Shown here: piece after piece, positions 1 through 13,076 of the stretch
Numbering within the stretch: position 1 is the first letter of the stretch
How the letters are laid out: each line of letters begins with the position of its first letter
Assembly (NCBI RefSeq): GCF_009914755.1
Contig: NC_060928.1
From: the human T2T-CHM13v2.0 reference genome, Homo sapiens
Reading direction: 5' to 3' (one strand)
DNA length: 64,000 nt
Program-made: the position numbers and the translations under genes
The notes under the pieces: model-generated
The model's input: the letters and a program-made list of their open reading frames with translations, nothing else
What the model was told of the DNA's origin: nothing
The model's database searches: none

Positions 1-257
1 TTTCATTCTTTATAGCTACTGTCACATTCTAGTCATTAGACTGCATTTACTTGTGGGTTGTAGAAATTACTTCCCATGGGAAACTAAAGCAATTCCTTCT
101 TCAAAGGATGCTTTGTTTTCTAAGAGAAGAAAGTAAAGCCTATGACAGTGCAGCCAACTATGTAACCTACATTCCCTGCTAAGCCACTCTTGGTTGAAGT
201 TCACTGTTTAGCATGACCACATAAAGAAGTAACCAAGAAATGATGATGATGACGATG

Positions 258-470
258 ATAATGATAATAATAGCTAGCATGTACTGAGCATCTTCTATAT
301 GCCAAGCCCTGAACTGAACCTTTATTTATGTGTTTTAATCCCTATAGAAACCCTGGCTATTATCATTAGCCCCATTTTACAGATGAGAAAACTGAGGCTT
401 AAAGAAGCTATATGTGCTCACGATAACACAGCTAGGACTTAAACCTGATCTGTTCTGCTCTGAAGTCCAT
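258..470 (-). mobile_element. MIR SINE
   Basis: Reverse complement of MIR core: CCCCATTTTACAGATGAGAAAACTGAGGCT, with TAATAATAGCTAGCAT tail. Confidence 0.85.
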
Positions 471-2169
471 TCTTACAGGCACTGACCTCTGAATGTACCA
501 CATTTGGCTGAGAAGTCCTTTGTCATTTCTGACATAGAATCTCTCCTAGCAAAAACTTCAGGAATAAGGAGTGAATGAAACAGGAGTGCACAAAACAGAG
601 AGTGGTATATCTGAAACTGGAGAAGTCCATGTGAATTTCAGTTTTAATCAATTACATCCATTAGGTGACAGCTGCTTCCCTTCTGCCCTCCAGGTGCCTG
701 CACCTAGAGCTTAAAACATCTGCAAATTAAAGTGAGACTGTGCTGCTGTCCGAGGAAATGAGAGCAGCAGCTTCTGCTCTCTGCGGCCTCTGCCAGCCCA
801 AATCCCATTCTTGCCTTGTTAGCATTTATATAAGACCTCTGGCTGCAGCACCAATCTACTGTACCTCCCTGCCCTGCGTATTCTCATTTTGATTAGTTAC
901 AGTGGAGCTGTAATAACTGGCTTCATTTCTTCCCTTCACACCTGATAGAATACCAGGAGCTCCCTGGGCCCTTTGTCTGGTATAGCATCAAGCCAGGATC
1001 AATCTCACCTGAGCGATGATTACTAATTAAATGCTTCCATCCTTCTATTCCATGTTCCAGTTTTCAAAGAGCTTTCAAACACATTTTCTTGTTTGCAGTG
1101 ACATAATGAGTCAATGGGGGCCCGGCGAAAAGCTCCGTGTGTCCCCGCCCCTATCACACAAAGAATTCCTCTTTTTTCTCTTGAGAGCAGGACTCTAGAA
1201 GGGTTTGGGTTTTGGCTGTGATGCTAGAAGGAGGAGGAAGGGAACCCCCACCACGCAGCTCTTATAGTATTAAGGAGAGAGTTTATTGAAGAATAGAGGC
1301 AAGAGCCTTGGAGCCTCTAGAAATGCACTTTCCTAACCTTGGGCGCCTCCACTCAGGTGTCCTCTGCCTTCAAGGTAGTTGGAGATTTAAATTGATACCT
1401 TGGAGTAGCCGGCCACCCACCCTCATGGAGGGCACAGATCAGCCCCCTTCTTTCTCTTCCCACACTGGATCTCCATCAGTTTGCCAGTAGCTCGGAGGGA
1501 TGCTTTTGCCCTTGGTCAACAGATTCTCCCTGGGCTTAGCACATGGGGCCCTCCCAGCCCTTGGATCCCAACTCAGTTCCTATGTTGGACGCTTTTCCAT
1601 CCTAAAAGAAGAGAAATCTTTTCTTATTTAAACCACGCAGTAGAGTGTGCCACATCATTTAGCCAAGCACATTAATGAACCTTTGGAGATGTCAAGAGAA
1701 GCCAGAGTTGAGTTTGAGAATAGGGGTTGGAGCAGCTGAAGTGTGCTGCAAAATGATTCTCTGAAAAATGTTTCTACGCTAGTGAGAGCTGAGAAGAGGG
1801 AGGAGGCATGAGGCATGACTTATAGTAGGAGGCAGATGCCTGCGCTGACAGAAATGGGCAAGGTGGTTCAGAAATGAAAGTCCAATATTTAACTTTTTGT
1901 TGTTTACAGTGTGGCAATGGGAAGCCCTTCTGTTTCCCAGTCAGTGAAATCTGACTTATTAACATATGTGCAGTGAGTTGTTTTGTGCGAAAATGAAGGG
2001 AAAAGAGAAGAGATTCACAACCGGAAGCAGAGGAGGAGGACAGCCCCAGGAGTGGGATGTAAGGAGGATAGAGTATGAGTGGAGCCAGGGTTTCCATGAG
2101 AATGGAACCCCAAAGGAATTGCAGAAGGCTTCTGGGCATGGGATTGAGGAGGGTGGATGTGAGAGAGTG

Positions 2170-2345
2170 GGCTAATGATGACACCTGGGGGATACTTGTT
2201 ATAGTCTTGTGAGGTAGGCAGAGCAAGTGTTGGTAAAACCCCATTGTACAGATGAGAAAAACGAGACTCATATACATTACAATAGTTGCCCAATGTCACG
2301 TAGGGCCTGGTAAGTAGGGAAGCCCAGAATAGAATGCAAAACTAC
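2170..2345 (-). mobile_element. MIR SINE (degenerate)
   Basis: CCCATTGTACAGATGAGAAAAACGAGACTCA...TTGCCCAATGTCAC core. Confidence 0.7.
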
Positions 2346-3699
2346 GTTCCCTTCCTAGCCGAAGAGTTCCTAGCCATATTGGCCAGCTAAAAAGCATCCA
2401 ATAAAAGATAACTGAAGGTAAATGAGCACCCAGAGGCAAGCAGAGCTGCCTCTAGGCCTTTCAGCTTTACCTTTTATATACTTTGGTATAACTCATTACA
2501 TCATCAGCCTTCTCATCACTGGGTCACTCTGCTATAAACTTCCCTATTAGCAAGCAGGAGGGAAGGAAAGGTGATTTTGTTGCAAGGAACATTCCCAGAG
2601 CAGAAAAACTAGGTAGGACATCACAGCAGCGCAATCTGATGGGTAAGCAAAGGTTAGGAAAGTGAATGATCTGACTCAACCAGGCCCAAGCTATGCCTGA
2701 CAAGATTACGGGTCCTTACAGGTCCTGTCCTGCCTGAGTGTTTTTTCCTCTGCAGAAATCCTGCTAGGATTTTTCTACTTTGGGACCATACTTCATCTGA
2801 CAACCTGCCTAGTAATGTAACTTTCATTTCTACCTTGTGACCTTCTCCTCCATTGACTAATTCCTCCGTTCTGTGGATCCGTGATTAGGGATGTTTGCTT
2901 ATTCTTTCCCCACCAATACTCATGTCCTGGTCTGGGGTTCCTGTGGGCCCTTGCTTACTGGGTAATTGGTGGTTGATTCATGGATGTTTTCACCCTGAAA
3001 CTTGTGATTCTCACATGACTCTGAACAAGAGCCAAGCTGAACTTGGGCCATGTATCATTTCCAGGTGGCCTTTTTGGCTCATTTCTTGCAGCTGCATGCT
3101 CTGGTAATTGAGCATGGGACAAACCTGATGGCTTCTGTCCTTGGAGCTGCCCTGATGACTGCTGTCCCCAAGGCAATCCCCTAATGACTTCATTCCCTGA
3201 GGCTGTCCCTGATTACTTCTGTCCCTGGGGTTGCTCCCAGAACTCTGCCTGATGCTGAGGAGTAAGCAGTCAGGCCATGAAATGACAGAATGGAAAAGCA
3301 GAAACTCTGAGCTGGAAGAGGAGTTTGTGGTAGGGTACTCGTACATCTCTGTCTAATATGGCATCACTTAAGTCTGTTATCCCAGTGTAATTATTAAGAA
3401 CATATATTTAATCTCAAAACATCCCAGTGTGGATAATAAATTATATATGATCACCCTACTTTAGGGATCGTCTAGGCTAGTTTTTTTTTTCAAGTTTTTG
3501 TTTAGCCTTGAAGACCACTTCTTGAAAGGGATACTTACTCCTGATCTCTAATGTGTAAAACAAAAAAAGGGAGAGTTGTCCAGGCTGAAGGGGGCAGAGA
3601 AGGCTGAACCTCCCCTCTACCCTACCCTGACTTGCTGTGGCAGCCCTCCCTGCCAGCCAATGGAGGTCTTGGAGCTCAATGCATCCCTGGTGATACCGG

Positions 3700-3830
3700 C
3701 TACTTTAATCTTACACATGAGGGAACTGAGGTCCACGGAGAGGTTAAGGGACTATGTATGGCCACATTACTAGTTAGTGGAAGAGCCCAAGCTAGAACTC
3801 AGATATGCAGACTCCACTGTGATCTTGCCA
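3700..3830 (-). mobile_element. MIR SINE fragment
   Basis: TTACACATGAGGGAACTGAGGTCCACGGAGAGGTTAAG...CTAGTTAGTGG. Confidence 0.7.
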
Positions 3831-4974
3831 CCATGCCAAGTCTCCTTCCAGCTTGCCTAATGGTCTTAAAACTAAGTGGTGAAATGTCCGCTATTGTGCT
3901 AGTGCGCACTCTCTCTCTTTCGCTCTCTGTGCGTGTGTGTGTGTCTGTGTGTATGCATATAAATTTTAAATGATGTATTCTTTATACAATTTATGTAAAA
4001 TTTTCATACTGATAAAAATAGTCATGATTTTAAAATTACCCAGTTCACCCTTGAGAAGTCAAAGTCCATAAAGCAACAATAGGGGAATAGCGTTGTGTTG
4101 AGATAACTTGCTGTGAATTGTACACGTATGATTAAAGTAAACAGTGCTTAGGGACAAACACCTTTTCTAGAGCCTATATCCTTGAAAATATTTGGATGAA
4201 CTTCATTAATCCTGTCTAGCAGCTCTCAAAGTCAAACAGGAAGCAAACCCCAGGCTGTAGTATAAAATAAACACTGTCCCCCCCAGGACCTCCCGAGTGG
4301 ACAGAGTCCTCCCTTTGTCTTAGCTCTTCTTCCGAAGCAACAGTTGGCAAATCTAAACTGAAACCGAGTTCTATCTTGAAAGCACACAGCTTCTCCAAGC
4401 CCCTGGTTGTTTAAATAGTTGTCCACCTTTCCTTCTGCCTTCTGCTTCCACCTGCCCTCAGCTGGGACTCAGCCAGGCAGTGTCAACTTGAACCCTGGGC
4501 AGGAAAAGCAGATACCAAATGCAAATCAGACAGCAATGCAACCATTTTTTATGGCCCAGGAAAGGCCAACAGGAGGCAAGGTCACGTAGAAGGCAGCCTG
4601 CTGGTGGCAGCTTCCTGCTGAGGGCAGGGTTTTGCTATTTTATTTTAACCTTGTTTCAGTTTGATCCAAGCACTGTGTCTCAAGGAAACAAGCACCTGTA
4701 ACTGTGGCCCACACAAACCAATTTTCCCCAATCAGAAAGCAATCATTTCCGTCTCCTGGTGTTGAAAAAAAACCGCCAGATACAGGCAGGGCAGGGTATG
4801 GGCTTGCCCTTGTCCTTCTTACCTGCTGACTCAGAGGATTTGCATAGCTGGGCTTCTGAGGAAACACCCAAATCCATCAGTGCAAGAGTTTGGGGTATTT
4901 ATGCAAAGCATATGTCCCCTGTTCTGAGGCAGAGACTCAAGGGTTTGATAGAAACAATAGAGTAGAAATGAAAT

Positions 4975-5160
4975 CTAACATTTGTGAAGCCCTTTCTCTG
5001 GGTTCAGTTATCCAATTCAAGCCTCACAAAAACCTCATCAGGTGGAAACTATGATTATCCCCATTTCAGAGATGAGCAAACAGGGCTTGATAAAGACTAA
5101 ATGACTTCAGCCACTCAGCAAGGCAGTGGTGGAGTGAGGGAAGTTCAGACTGAGAGCCTG
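4975..5160 (-). mobile_element. MIR SINE
   Basis: ATTATCCCCATTTCAGAGATGAGCAAAC core. Confidence 0.7.
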
Positions 5161-5207
5161 CCCCTGAAAACAACCAAACCCAGTCATACTGAGAAACATC
5201 CAGGCTA

Positions 5208-5350
5208 GTCTTCCCAAACTTCAGGGCTCATTCAGATCACGTGGGGCTTTCGTCAAAATGCATGTTCTCATTCAGGAGCTCCAGGGCTGTGCCAGAAACC
5301 CTGCAATTCTAAGCAGCTCCCAAATAATGTCAATGCTGCTACTGGTCCGT
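5208..5350. mobile_element. MER5-like hAT-Charlie DNA transposon
   Basis: TTCCCAAACTT...AAAATGCATGTTCT...CTGCAATTCTAAGCAGCTCCC...AATGCTGCT resembles MER5A. Confidence 0.6.
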
Positions 5351-5367
5351 GAAGGATCTAGGGAAGA

Positions 5368-5570
5368 AATCAGCAGACTTTTTTTCTGGAAAGGGTGAGA
5401 TAGTAAATATTTTAAGCTTTGAGGGCCACATCCAGCCTCTGTTACATGTTCTTTCTCCCTTTCTTCCTTCTCTTCCCTTCTTTTCCTTTCATTCTCCATC
5501 ATTTGGAATGTAAAACCACCCTTAGCTGTTGGCTCGTGGGTGCATTTGGCCAGAGCAGTGATTTGCTCTT
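5368..5570. mobile_element. MER58-like hAT-Charlie DNA transposon
   Basis: CAGCAGACTTTTTTTCTGGAAAGGGTGAGATAGTAAATATTTTAAGCTTTGAGGGCCA start typical of MER58. Confidence 0.65.
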
Positions 5571-6684
5571 CCTTGCCCTGGGACAGTGTAGATAGAGAAG
5601 TTGCCATGCCAATGGGCTCAGGTGGGTACCCTTTCCCAACAGCAGCTATGAGATTCAGTCCTACTGTTTTCAATTAGGTATGCTTTTCTCAGGACAGTAA
5701 GATGCCATATAGGCTGTCTCCCCAGTGACCAGTCTGAGTTACAGGTAAGAGGGGGGCTGACTTACCCCAGAAAGTATGCATTGGGGTAGTGAGGGGTCTG
5801 GGTTCCAAGGTGTGCAAGAAAGCACTGGAGGAGGACTGGGACAGCCGAGGGAAGGGGGAGCCTGCTATGCACACAGTGAACACTTTACCTATTGGGGCGG
5901 TAGGTTGTTGAGGGGCTCCTGTGACAGGTGGGAGGTCAAACTCAAAAACCCGTTCAACTCCAAGAGTTCAAGATCCTGTGATCCTTGCATGCAAGGCTAA
6001 TCTAATGTTGTCCTGAGATAACGTGCACATGCGTGATCTGATTCTCCTCAAGCTGATCAGCAACCGCATCTCAGCAGCTGCCTCTTTATCTCTTGCCCTG
6101 CCTAGGAAGGGGAGGCTGAAATTCACTCCAGGATGTCACTGCTCTGGGGGAAAAGGAAAATAACTCCCACCGCCCGGCTCAGAAGTAGGAAGTGAGGGCC
6201 TTCCGCTAAAGGCAAGGGTCTTATCTAACTACTGGGTAACCTTGTTGTTTTTCCATCTTCTCATAACTTGAGAATGAAGTGAAGTCATCTTACTTTCAGG
6301 AATCCGTCTAAAGAAATAAGTATGGATATGAATAAAATTGTTTGTCCTCTTTCAGGTGCAAAGAGTCTACTCTGCCTACTCTGTCATTCAAAGCTTGGTT
6401 GAGAACTGGCTAAATAAGTGAGATCACTTCTATACAAATAGAATACCATGCACAGATTATAAAATGATTCTATGTATGAAACCATGTGTATACATGTATA
6501 TAATTAGCAAACACCCAAACAGTGGCTCTTTATGGGCAATAGGATTATGATCATAACTGTGGAATAAAGAAGAGACCCAGAGAACAAGAGTGAGTGCCCA
6601 CTGGGAAGTGTTCTAAACTGCCAAGTTCTACAACGACGTACCATCCTCAGTGGTAAGGTAAGTTGGCAGCAGGGAACTATAGAT

Positions 6685-6853
6685 CAGAGCTTCTCAAACT
6701 TAAAGGTGCATATTCATCCTGGGGATCTGGTTAAATTGTAGGCTTAGATGTAGGGGGTGCAGAGGGCCCTGAGATTTTGCATTTCTAACAAGCTCCCTGG
6801 GGTGGCCAATGCTGCTACGCTGCTGGCCCAGGACCTTATTTCATGAAGCAAGG
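6685..6853. mobile_element. MER5A-like hAT-Charlie DNA transposon
   Basis: CAGAGCTTCTCAAACTT...CCTGGGGATCTGGTTAAA...TGCATTTCTAACAAGCTCCC...GCTGCTGGCCCAGGACC. Confidence 0.8.
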
Positions 6854-6887
6854 CTCTGTCTACCTCGCAGGAGAAGGCGCTAAGAAG

Positions 6888-7084
6888 AGGAGTCACCAGT
6901 CTTGATATGTTACTCAGACACGGTGGTGAGTTTAGTTTACATGTGTGTGTATGTTGTCCTGAGATTGTTGTTTTTGGAGGGGGATATAGGAGTCACTGGT
7001 CTTGATATGTTACTCAGACGAGGTGGTGAGTTTAGTTTACATGTGTGTGTCTGTTGTCCTGAGATTGTTTGTTTTGGAGGGGGA
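6888..7084 (+). repeat. Tandem duplication, 100-bp unit, 2 copies
   Basis: AGGAGTCAC..GTCTTGATATGTTACTCAGAC...GGAGGGGGA starts at 6888 and again at 6988, with few mismatches. Confidence 0.97.
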
Positions 7085-7659
7085 CAGAACATGGAGTATG
7101 TATAGAAATGAAATCACCTTTATCAATAATAAATATGGCCTAGTAGAGATTCTCCTGCCTTTTTCTTTTTCTCCTCCCTGTAGTTCAATTTAGTCGCCCA
7201 ATTTCCTCTCAGAAGTAGGTCCTGAGGTTGAAATAGGAAGGAGGATAAGGGCTGTCTGGCCCCAGGCACACAGCTGGCCCCATGGACAGGGATCACCTGG
7301 GTAAGGTGAAGAGCACCTGTGAGCCCCCTCAGGGACACACCCTCAGACGTCAAGTTTGACCCATACCAGCTTTTATCAGCCCTGAATCCTCTGTCCTGCT
7401 GCCACTTTCCGGCCCTGACAGCCTGTTGCGCAAGCAGGATTCTCTCTCCCTTACCAAACTGCTTGGAATAGCAGGCACAAGCAGATTCTTCTCAACGGCC
7501 CAGTGAGTTTTCATCGGCATGATGGACAAAGGGGACCCACACAATAAGAATTTACAACAGATTGTCTGCTCACAGTGTAGACTCCAAAATATTTCCATGT
7601 GTTCTTCCTTGTAAGAATTTAGAGCCTGATCATGTGCATAAATAAAACCCCGGTATTGT

Positions 7660-7835
7660 TAGTATTTAGCCAACATTTATTTCACATTTTATATGTGTCA
7701 GGTACCCGGCTAGGTGCTTTCACGTTTGTCATATGACTTTAGCCCTAAAACAACTCTAGAGGCAAGATATTCCAATGAAAATATCAAGGTTCAGGTTCAG
7801 AGAGGTTAAGTAACTTGTGAAAGGTAGCACAGCTT
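7660..7835 (-). mobile_element. MIR SINE
   Basis: TAGCCAACATTTATT...AGGTTCAGAGAGGTTAAGTAACTTG. Confidence 0.7.
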
Positions 7836-8014
7836 ATAAACAATAAGCCCCCAATGAAAGAAAGGAAGAAAAGGAGGTGACAAGTACATTGCAGGGATAT
7901 GTTGGCAAGTTTGTTCTGAGTGGAGTTCTTGGTGGAGAGTGAGGAAAATGCCCTGAGAGGTAATGTGGTCCTGCACACCTACCTAGAATAGACCTCAAAT
8001 ATTGCTTCCTAGGC

Positions 8015-8875
<861 letters not shown>

Positions 8876-9155
8876 ATACAAGAGGCTCCCCTTGGTGAGA
8901 GACTAAGCATTCCCACACAAATGTCTCTGTCTCAAACCGATGACTTGTCTAGAATTGCTTTCCATCTGGTTCTCAAGATCTTCTCCTTACGGCTCCCTTT
9001 GTCCACAATTAGCTCAGTCTAGCATGGCTACAAATCAGGGAAGAGTCTTCATTATTCTACAAGAGACAGTTTGTTTATTCTTCTACATTACCTTCATCTT
9101 CGCAAAACTCAGCTCACCTCCTCATGGTAGCCTGCCTCCTTCATTAGGACTTAGC

Positions 9156-9652
9156 TGTGGTAGGCAAAATAACAGGACCCCTAAAGATGTCCATATCCTG
9201 ATCCCTAGAACCTGTGAAGATGTTACCTTATGTGGTAAAAGAGACTGTGCAGATGTAATTGAGGTTAATGACTCTGAGATGGGGAGATTATGTTGGGTTT
9301 TCTGGGTGGGTGCACTCACTTCACATGAGTTCTTAAAAGTGGAGAACCCTTCTGTACTGTGATCAGAGAGAGATGTGGCTATAGAAGGAGATCAGAGAGA
9401 TGTGACTTTGCTGGCTTTGAAGGTGGAATATGGGCAGCCTCTGGAAGTGGAAAAAGGCAGAGAAAACAGATTATCCCCTAAAGCCTCCAGAAAGAAACAC
9501 AACCACGCCAACATCTTGGTTTTAGCCCAGAGAGACCTGTGTTGGATTTCTGACATACAGAAATCTGATTTCCGATAACTATAAAATATTTGCAGTGTTT
9601 AAGGCACTAGGTTTGTGGTAACTTGCTGTAACGGCAATAGGGAACTAACATA
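9156..9652 (+). mobile_element. MLT1D-like MaLR solo LTR
   Basis: TGTGGTAGGCAAAATAA...AAAGATGTCCATATCCT start, GCAATAGGGAACTAACATA end, 5-bp TSD TTAGC/TTGGC. Confidence 0.85.
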
Positions 9653-9694
9653 TTGGCCATAAAGTGCCTGGCACCACATTTTCCACTATGGTAT

Positions 9695-9945
9695 GTAGTA
9701 TACTAGGTGAGGATATGGGTGGATCCAGAAAGATATGTGTGCAAATCCTGGCTCTGTTTCCATGCGACCTTGGGCAAACCACTTCAATTCTCTGGGTCTC
9801 AGTTATATCATCCAGAAAGCAGAGATGAATAAGAACGTTTCTCTCTTACAGGTTTGTTGTGATATTAGAATGAGGCTGTTCAAGTAACACAGTTAGCATG
9901 TGGCTGGCAAATAACTGTCACTAGAAAAATGGTAGCTGTTACAAT
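9695..9945 (+). mobile_element. MIR SINE
   Basis: CAAATCCTGGCTCTG...GACCTTGGGCAAACCACTT...CTCAGTT. Confidence 0.75.
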
Positions 9946-10136
9946 ATTTATTGGAAGAGAGGGATTGAGGGCCTTGTACATTCCTCTGCGGTGAGGAATA
10001 CATTTAAGAGGCATGCTTCACATTCAGTTTGGAGTTGAGAGACCATGTGATGTAATGGGAAATATTGTAGACTGCAAAGTAAGACTCCCTGGATTTGAAT
10101 CCAGAGAGCTGTGTGACCTTGCCACATGCATCAGCA

Positions 10137-10583
10137 TTTTAGGGTCTCTTTCGCCAGAAGCAGACCCGAAATAACCATTTGAGGGCGGGTAGATCTTTCT
10201 GAGGTGATTTCAGGAAATATGCATAGGGAATGGAAAAGTCAGATGGAAAGGGAAGTGGCCAAGAAGCGTATGTTTCTAAGCAAGTTACCAGCGTGGAAGC
10301 TGGAGTGTAAGCCCTCCAGGGAAACTGGGGACACAGGTAGAATCATGCCTCTGAATTATCACACTCAAGGGGTGAGGGAGCTGGGGCCATTGTATGCCAA
10401 CTCCCATCTGTCATTGGTTGAGGGTCACTTCCAGGGGACAGTAATTCCCCAGCAGGTCCTGCCTGCCACACAAGGGCAGAGAAAGCTCTCAGGCAAAGCT
10501 ATGGTGGCAGCGGGAAGTTGGGCCAGCGTGTGCTGAAGTGGTGAGGGCTGAAGGGATACGGAGAGGAGCCCTCAGTATTGCTA
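10137..10583 (-). mobile_element. LTR33-like ERVL solo LTR nested in a MIR (MIR halves ~10045-10125 and ~10590-10760)
   Basis: CCAGAAGCAGACCC...GAGGTGATTTCAGGAAA...CAACTCCCATCTGTCATTGGTTGAGGG matches reverse LTR33/LTR16 pattern. Confidence 0.7.
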
Positions 10584-11794
10584 TTTTAAAGATGAGAAAA
10601 TTTAGTTTCACATGGTCCCATATTTTCTCAAAATGGGATAATGATAGTATCTGCTTCGTAGAATTATCAGGAGAGTTGTGTAAGTGAACAACGCCAAGGG
10701 CTTCCATCAGAGCTTGTCATAGGGCAAGTAAGCACCATTTAAGTGCTAGTTGTCATCATCTGAAGATTTTTGCTGTTCTGTGATGTAAATTTTGTTCCCA
10801 CCACCCCCCTCCACAATGTTTAGTTAAGCTGTTCAAACTCGCAAATACATTGGGGCGATGGGGGCTTGTGGAGCTAAAGGTAGGGGCTAACATTAACCAC
10901 TGGTCCAACCACACAAATTCTCAATGATGGGCTTGCACAACATCTGGAGGCCTGCGGACTTTTGGGGGCATGGATTTGGGAATTGGAACCCTGCTCTTAC
11001 CTCTCTCTCAAACGGCATGAGGCCACAGATGCTATCTGGGTTGTACATTAAATGGCAAGCCTCTGAAGGTAGAAACGGTGCCCTCCTGGCTGGATTGACT
11101 CGGCTTCTTCCCTGGCACATTGTAGACACTCGGTGATTGGCTATTGAGTAGATAAGCATGAAAACAGCTTAGAAAGCCAGAAAAGGAATGTTTCTGCCTA
11201 AAATCACGGGTGATTGATATCATCCTTACGTGCAGCCCTCACCTCACAACCTCTTGTTTCCCTGGCCACTTGGCCACCAGGACGCAGGAAGTAACCTGCA
11301 CCTGACCCCCTGATGTTGGCAATGGGACGAGCTTTCCACTCTCGGCAGCATCTTGTAGAATACAAAGGACTCGCTGTAGTATTTATACCAACACACACAT
11401 TTTAAATAGGCCCTCACTTCTTCCTGAAAGGAATCCAAAGACTCTGTTGGAACTGAAAACATTCATATTTATGTATCACCAGTTATTGAGGGAACACAAA
11501 GTGCTCAGCAAATATGATCTCATTAGTGCTCACGACAGCCCTGAGGGAAGAAGTTGGCAAGAATTCCCACCCTCCTTGGAGAGGTGAGAGTATGGAGGCC
11601 CAGAAGGCCAGGGAACACACGCCAGAGCCACTCAGCAGGTGCTCCAGGGAGCTGGGGCAATGGCAAGGAAATGGGAGGCTCAAGAGAAGTGTCACAATGC
11701 TGTGGCCTCCACAATCACTGCAGTGTCCAGAGGACAAGCAGAAATCTGGAAATATCCCCCATGTCTGTCATGATGCGATCTGATAGATGCCTGA

Positions 11795-12210
11795 TGGTAC
11801 TAACAATGAAATGCCATTCAGGTGTTCAAACAGATCCATGTTCTGTGGAGAAAGACATTCTAAGGCATTTAGATAAAAAATGCAAGTTTGCAAGAGTATA
11901 TATAATATAGTCACTCATTACTATTAAGTAAATGTATAATATGAAGGGGAAAATCTAAAAGAGTGTATACCAAATTATATATGAAATATATATGTCTTTG
12001 TGTGTAAGTATTTTCAGAGAAAAGGCCTAGAAGAATGGGTACCAAATTATACTGAAATATACATTTATTTATTTTTATTTTCAAGGAAAGTTCTAGAAGA
12101 ATGTGTAACGATGATTATCTCAATAGTTGGATTAAATATACTTTTCTTAGTCACACATTTGTTAATTTCCAATGTGCATTTTTTTGGTAATCGGATTAAA
12201 ACTTTCTAAA
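11795..12210 (+). mobile_element. Old L1 (L1ME-like) 3' fragment
   Basis: ACAATGAAATGCCATTCAG...AAAAAATGCAAGTTTGCA...; AT-rich L1M 3'UTR character. Confidence 0.55.
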
Positions 12211-12659
12211 AACCAGAAAAAAGGAAATTCATTGTCACCTAGAAAGTATTAAAAATAGAAAATAAAACTATTAAAATATGCTCAGAGTGTTTTTCTTTCA
12301 TTAAAAGAGAACACTAGGAGTGTTTTCCTTGATGTGAAGAATTTGGAGAAATTCCACCAGACTTTCTATTTAGTTCCTACTACAGAGTGAAATTTGGATC
12401 AGATATTCTATTTTGTAAACGTATGGTCCTGTGTCTGCAAAACCCAAATGTAGAATGAAATCTTTCTGCTTTTTTCCTTGATGTTTTTAAACATGAGCTA
12501 GAGCTGACTATTTAGCATTTTTACCTGAAAAACTTTAGTAGAAGGAAAACCAACCCCACGCTGACAAGGGATTTAAAATGTCAACTACTCAACATTTTCA
12601 TGAGTTACTGAGCAATAGATGTAAATTTTGTTATATATTAAATTTCAAAAAGTCAGACC

Positions 12660-12765
12660 ACTGTGCTTTACAATGTGAATGTACTTTATACTATTGAACT
12701 GTACACATAAAAATGGTTAAGATGGTAAATTTTATGTTGTGTGTTTTTTACCACAATAAAAATTG
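12660..12765 (+). mobile_element. L1MB-like 3' end
   Basis: CAATGTGAATGTACTT...GAACTGTACAC.TAAAAATGGTTAAGATGGTAAATTTTATGTT...CCACAATAAAA. Confidence 0.85.
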
Positions 12766-13076
12766 CCAAAAACCAAAAAAACCAAAGCAACCCTAAACTT
12801 AGATCCTTTAAATCTAAGGTAGAGTACAGTGTAGGAAAAGAAAGGGTGGGATCCAGAAGAGCTGGATTCAGGTTTCAAGTGTGGTTCTTACAGCACCGGG
12901 CCTTGGACAGGTTGCATTCACTTTTCTGTTCCTCTCACCTTTCTGAGTAGCTATCACTTGCCAGGCATAGCAGAAGGCACTGAGATACAGTGGCCCATGA
13001 AATGGGTGTGTCCCTGCCCTGGTGGAGTGACCTCACTTCTCTTAACCACAAGTGCCCCCCAGAAAATAGGAAATAA

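Larger units (their letters stand above)
6356..7665 (+). ncRNA. Candidate spliced non-coding transcript segment (putative exons 6356-6657, 6871-6925, 7184-~7665)
   Basis: Acceptors TCCTCTTTCAG| (6355), TCTACCTCGCAG| (6870), long pyrimidine tract + TAG| (7183); donors AAG|GTAAGT (6658) and GTG|GTGAGT (6926); AATAAA at 7641. Motif evidence only, no expression data. Confidence 0.3.

Noticed and set aside
1774-2277. 167-aa minus-strand ORF
   Set aside because: Low-complexity L/S/P composition from a purine-rich plus strand, starts in a MIR, no recognisable domain.
6888-7084. CRISPR-like or other repeat-spacer arrays
   Set aside because: All direct repeats in the window are adjacent duplications, TSDs or LTRs; no regularly spaced repeats with unique spacers, and the DNA is eukaryotic.
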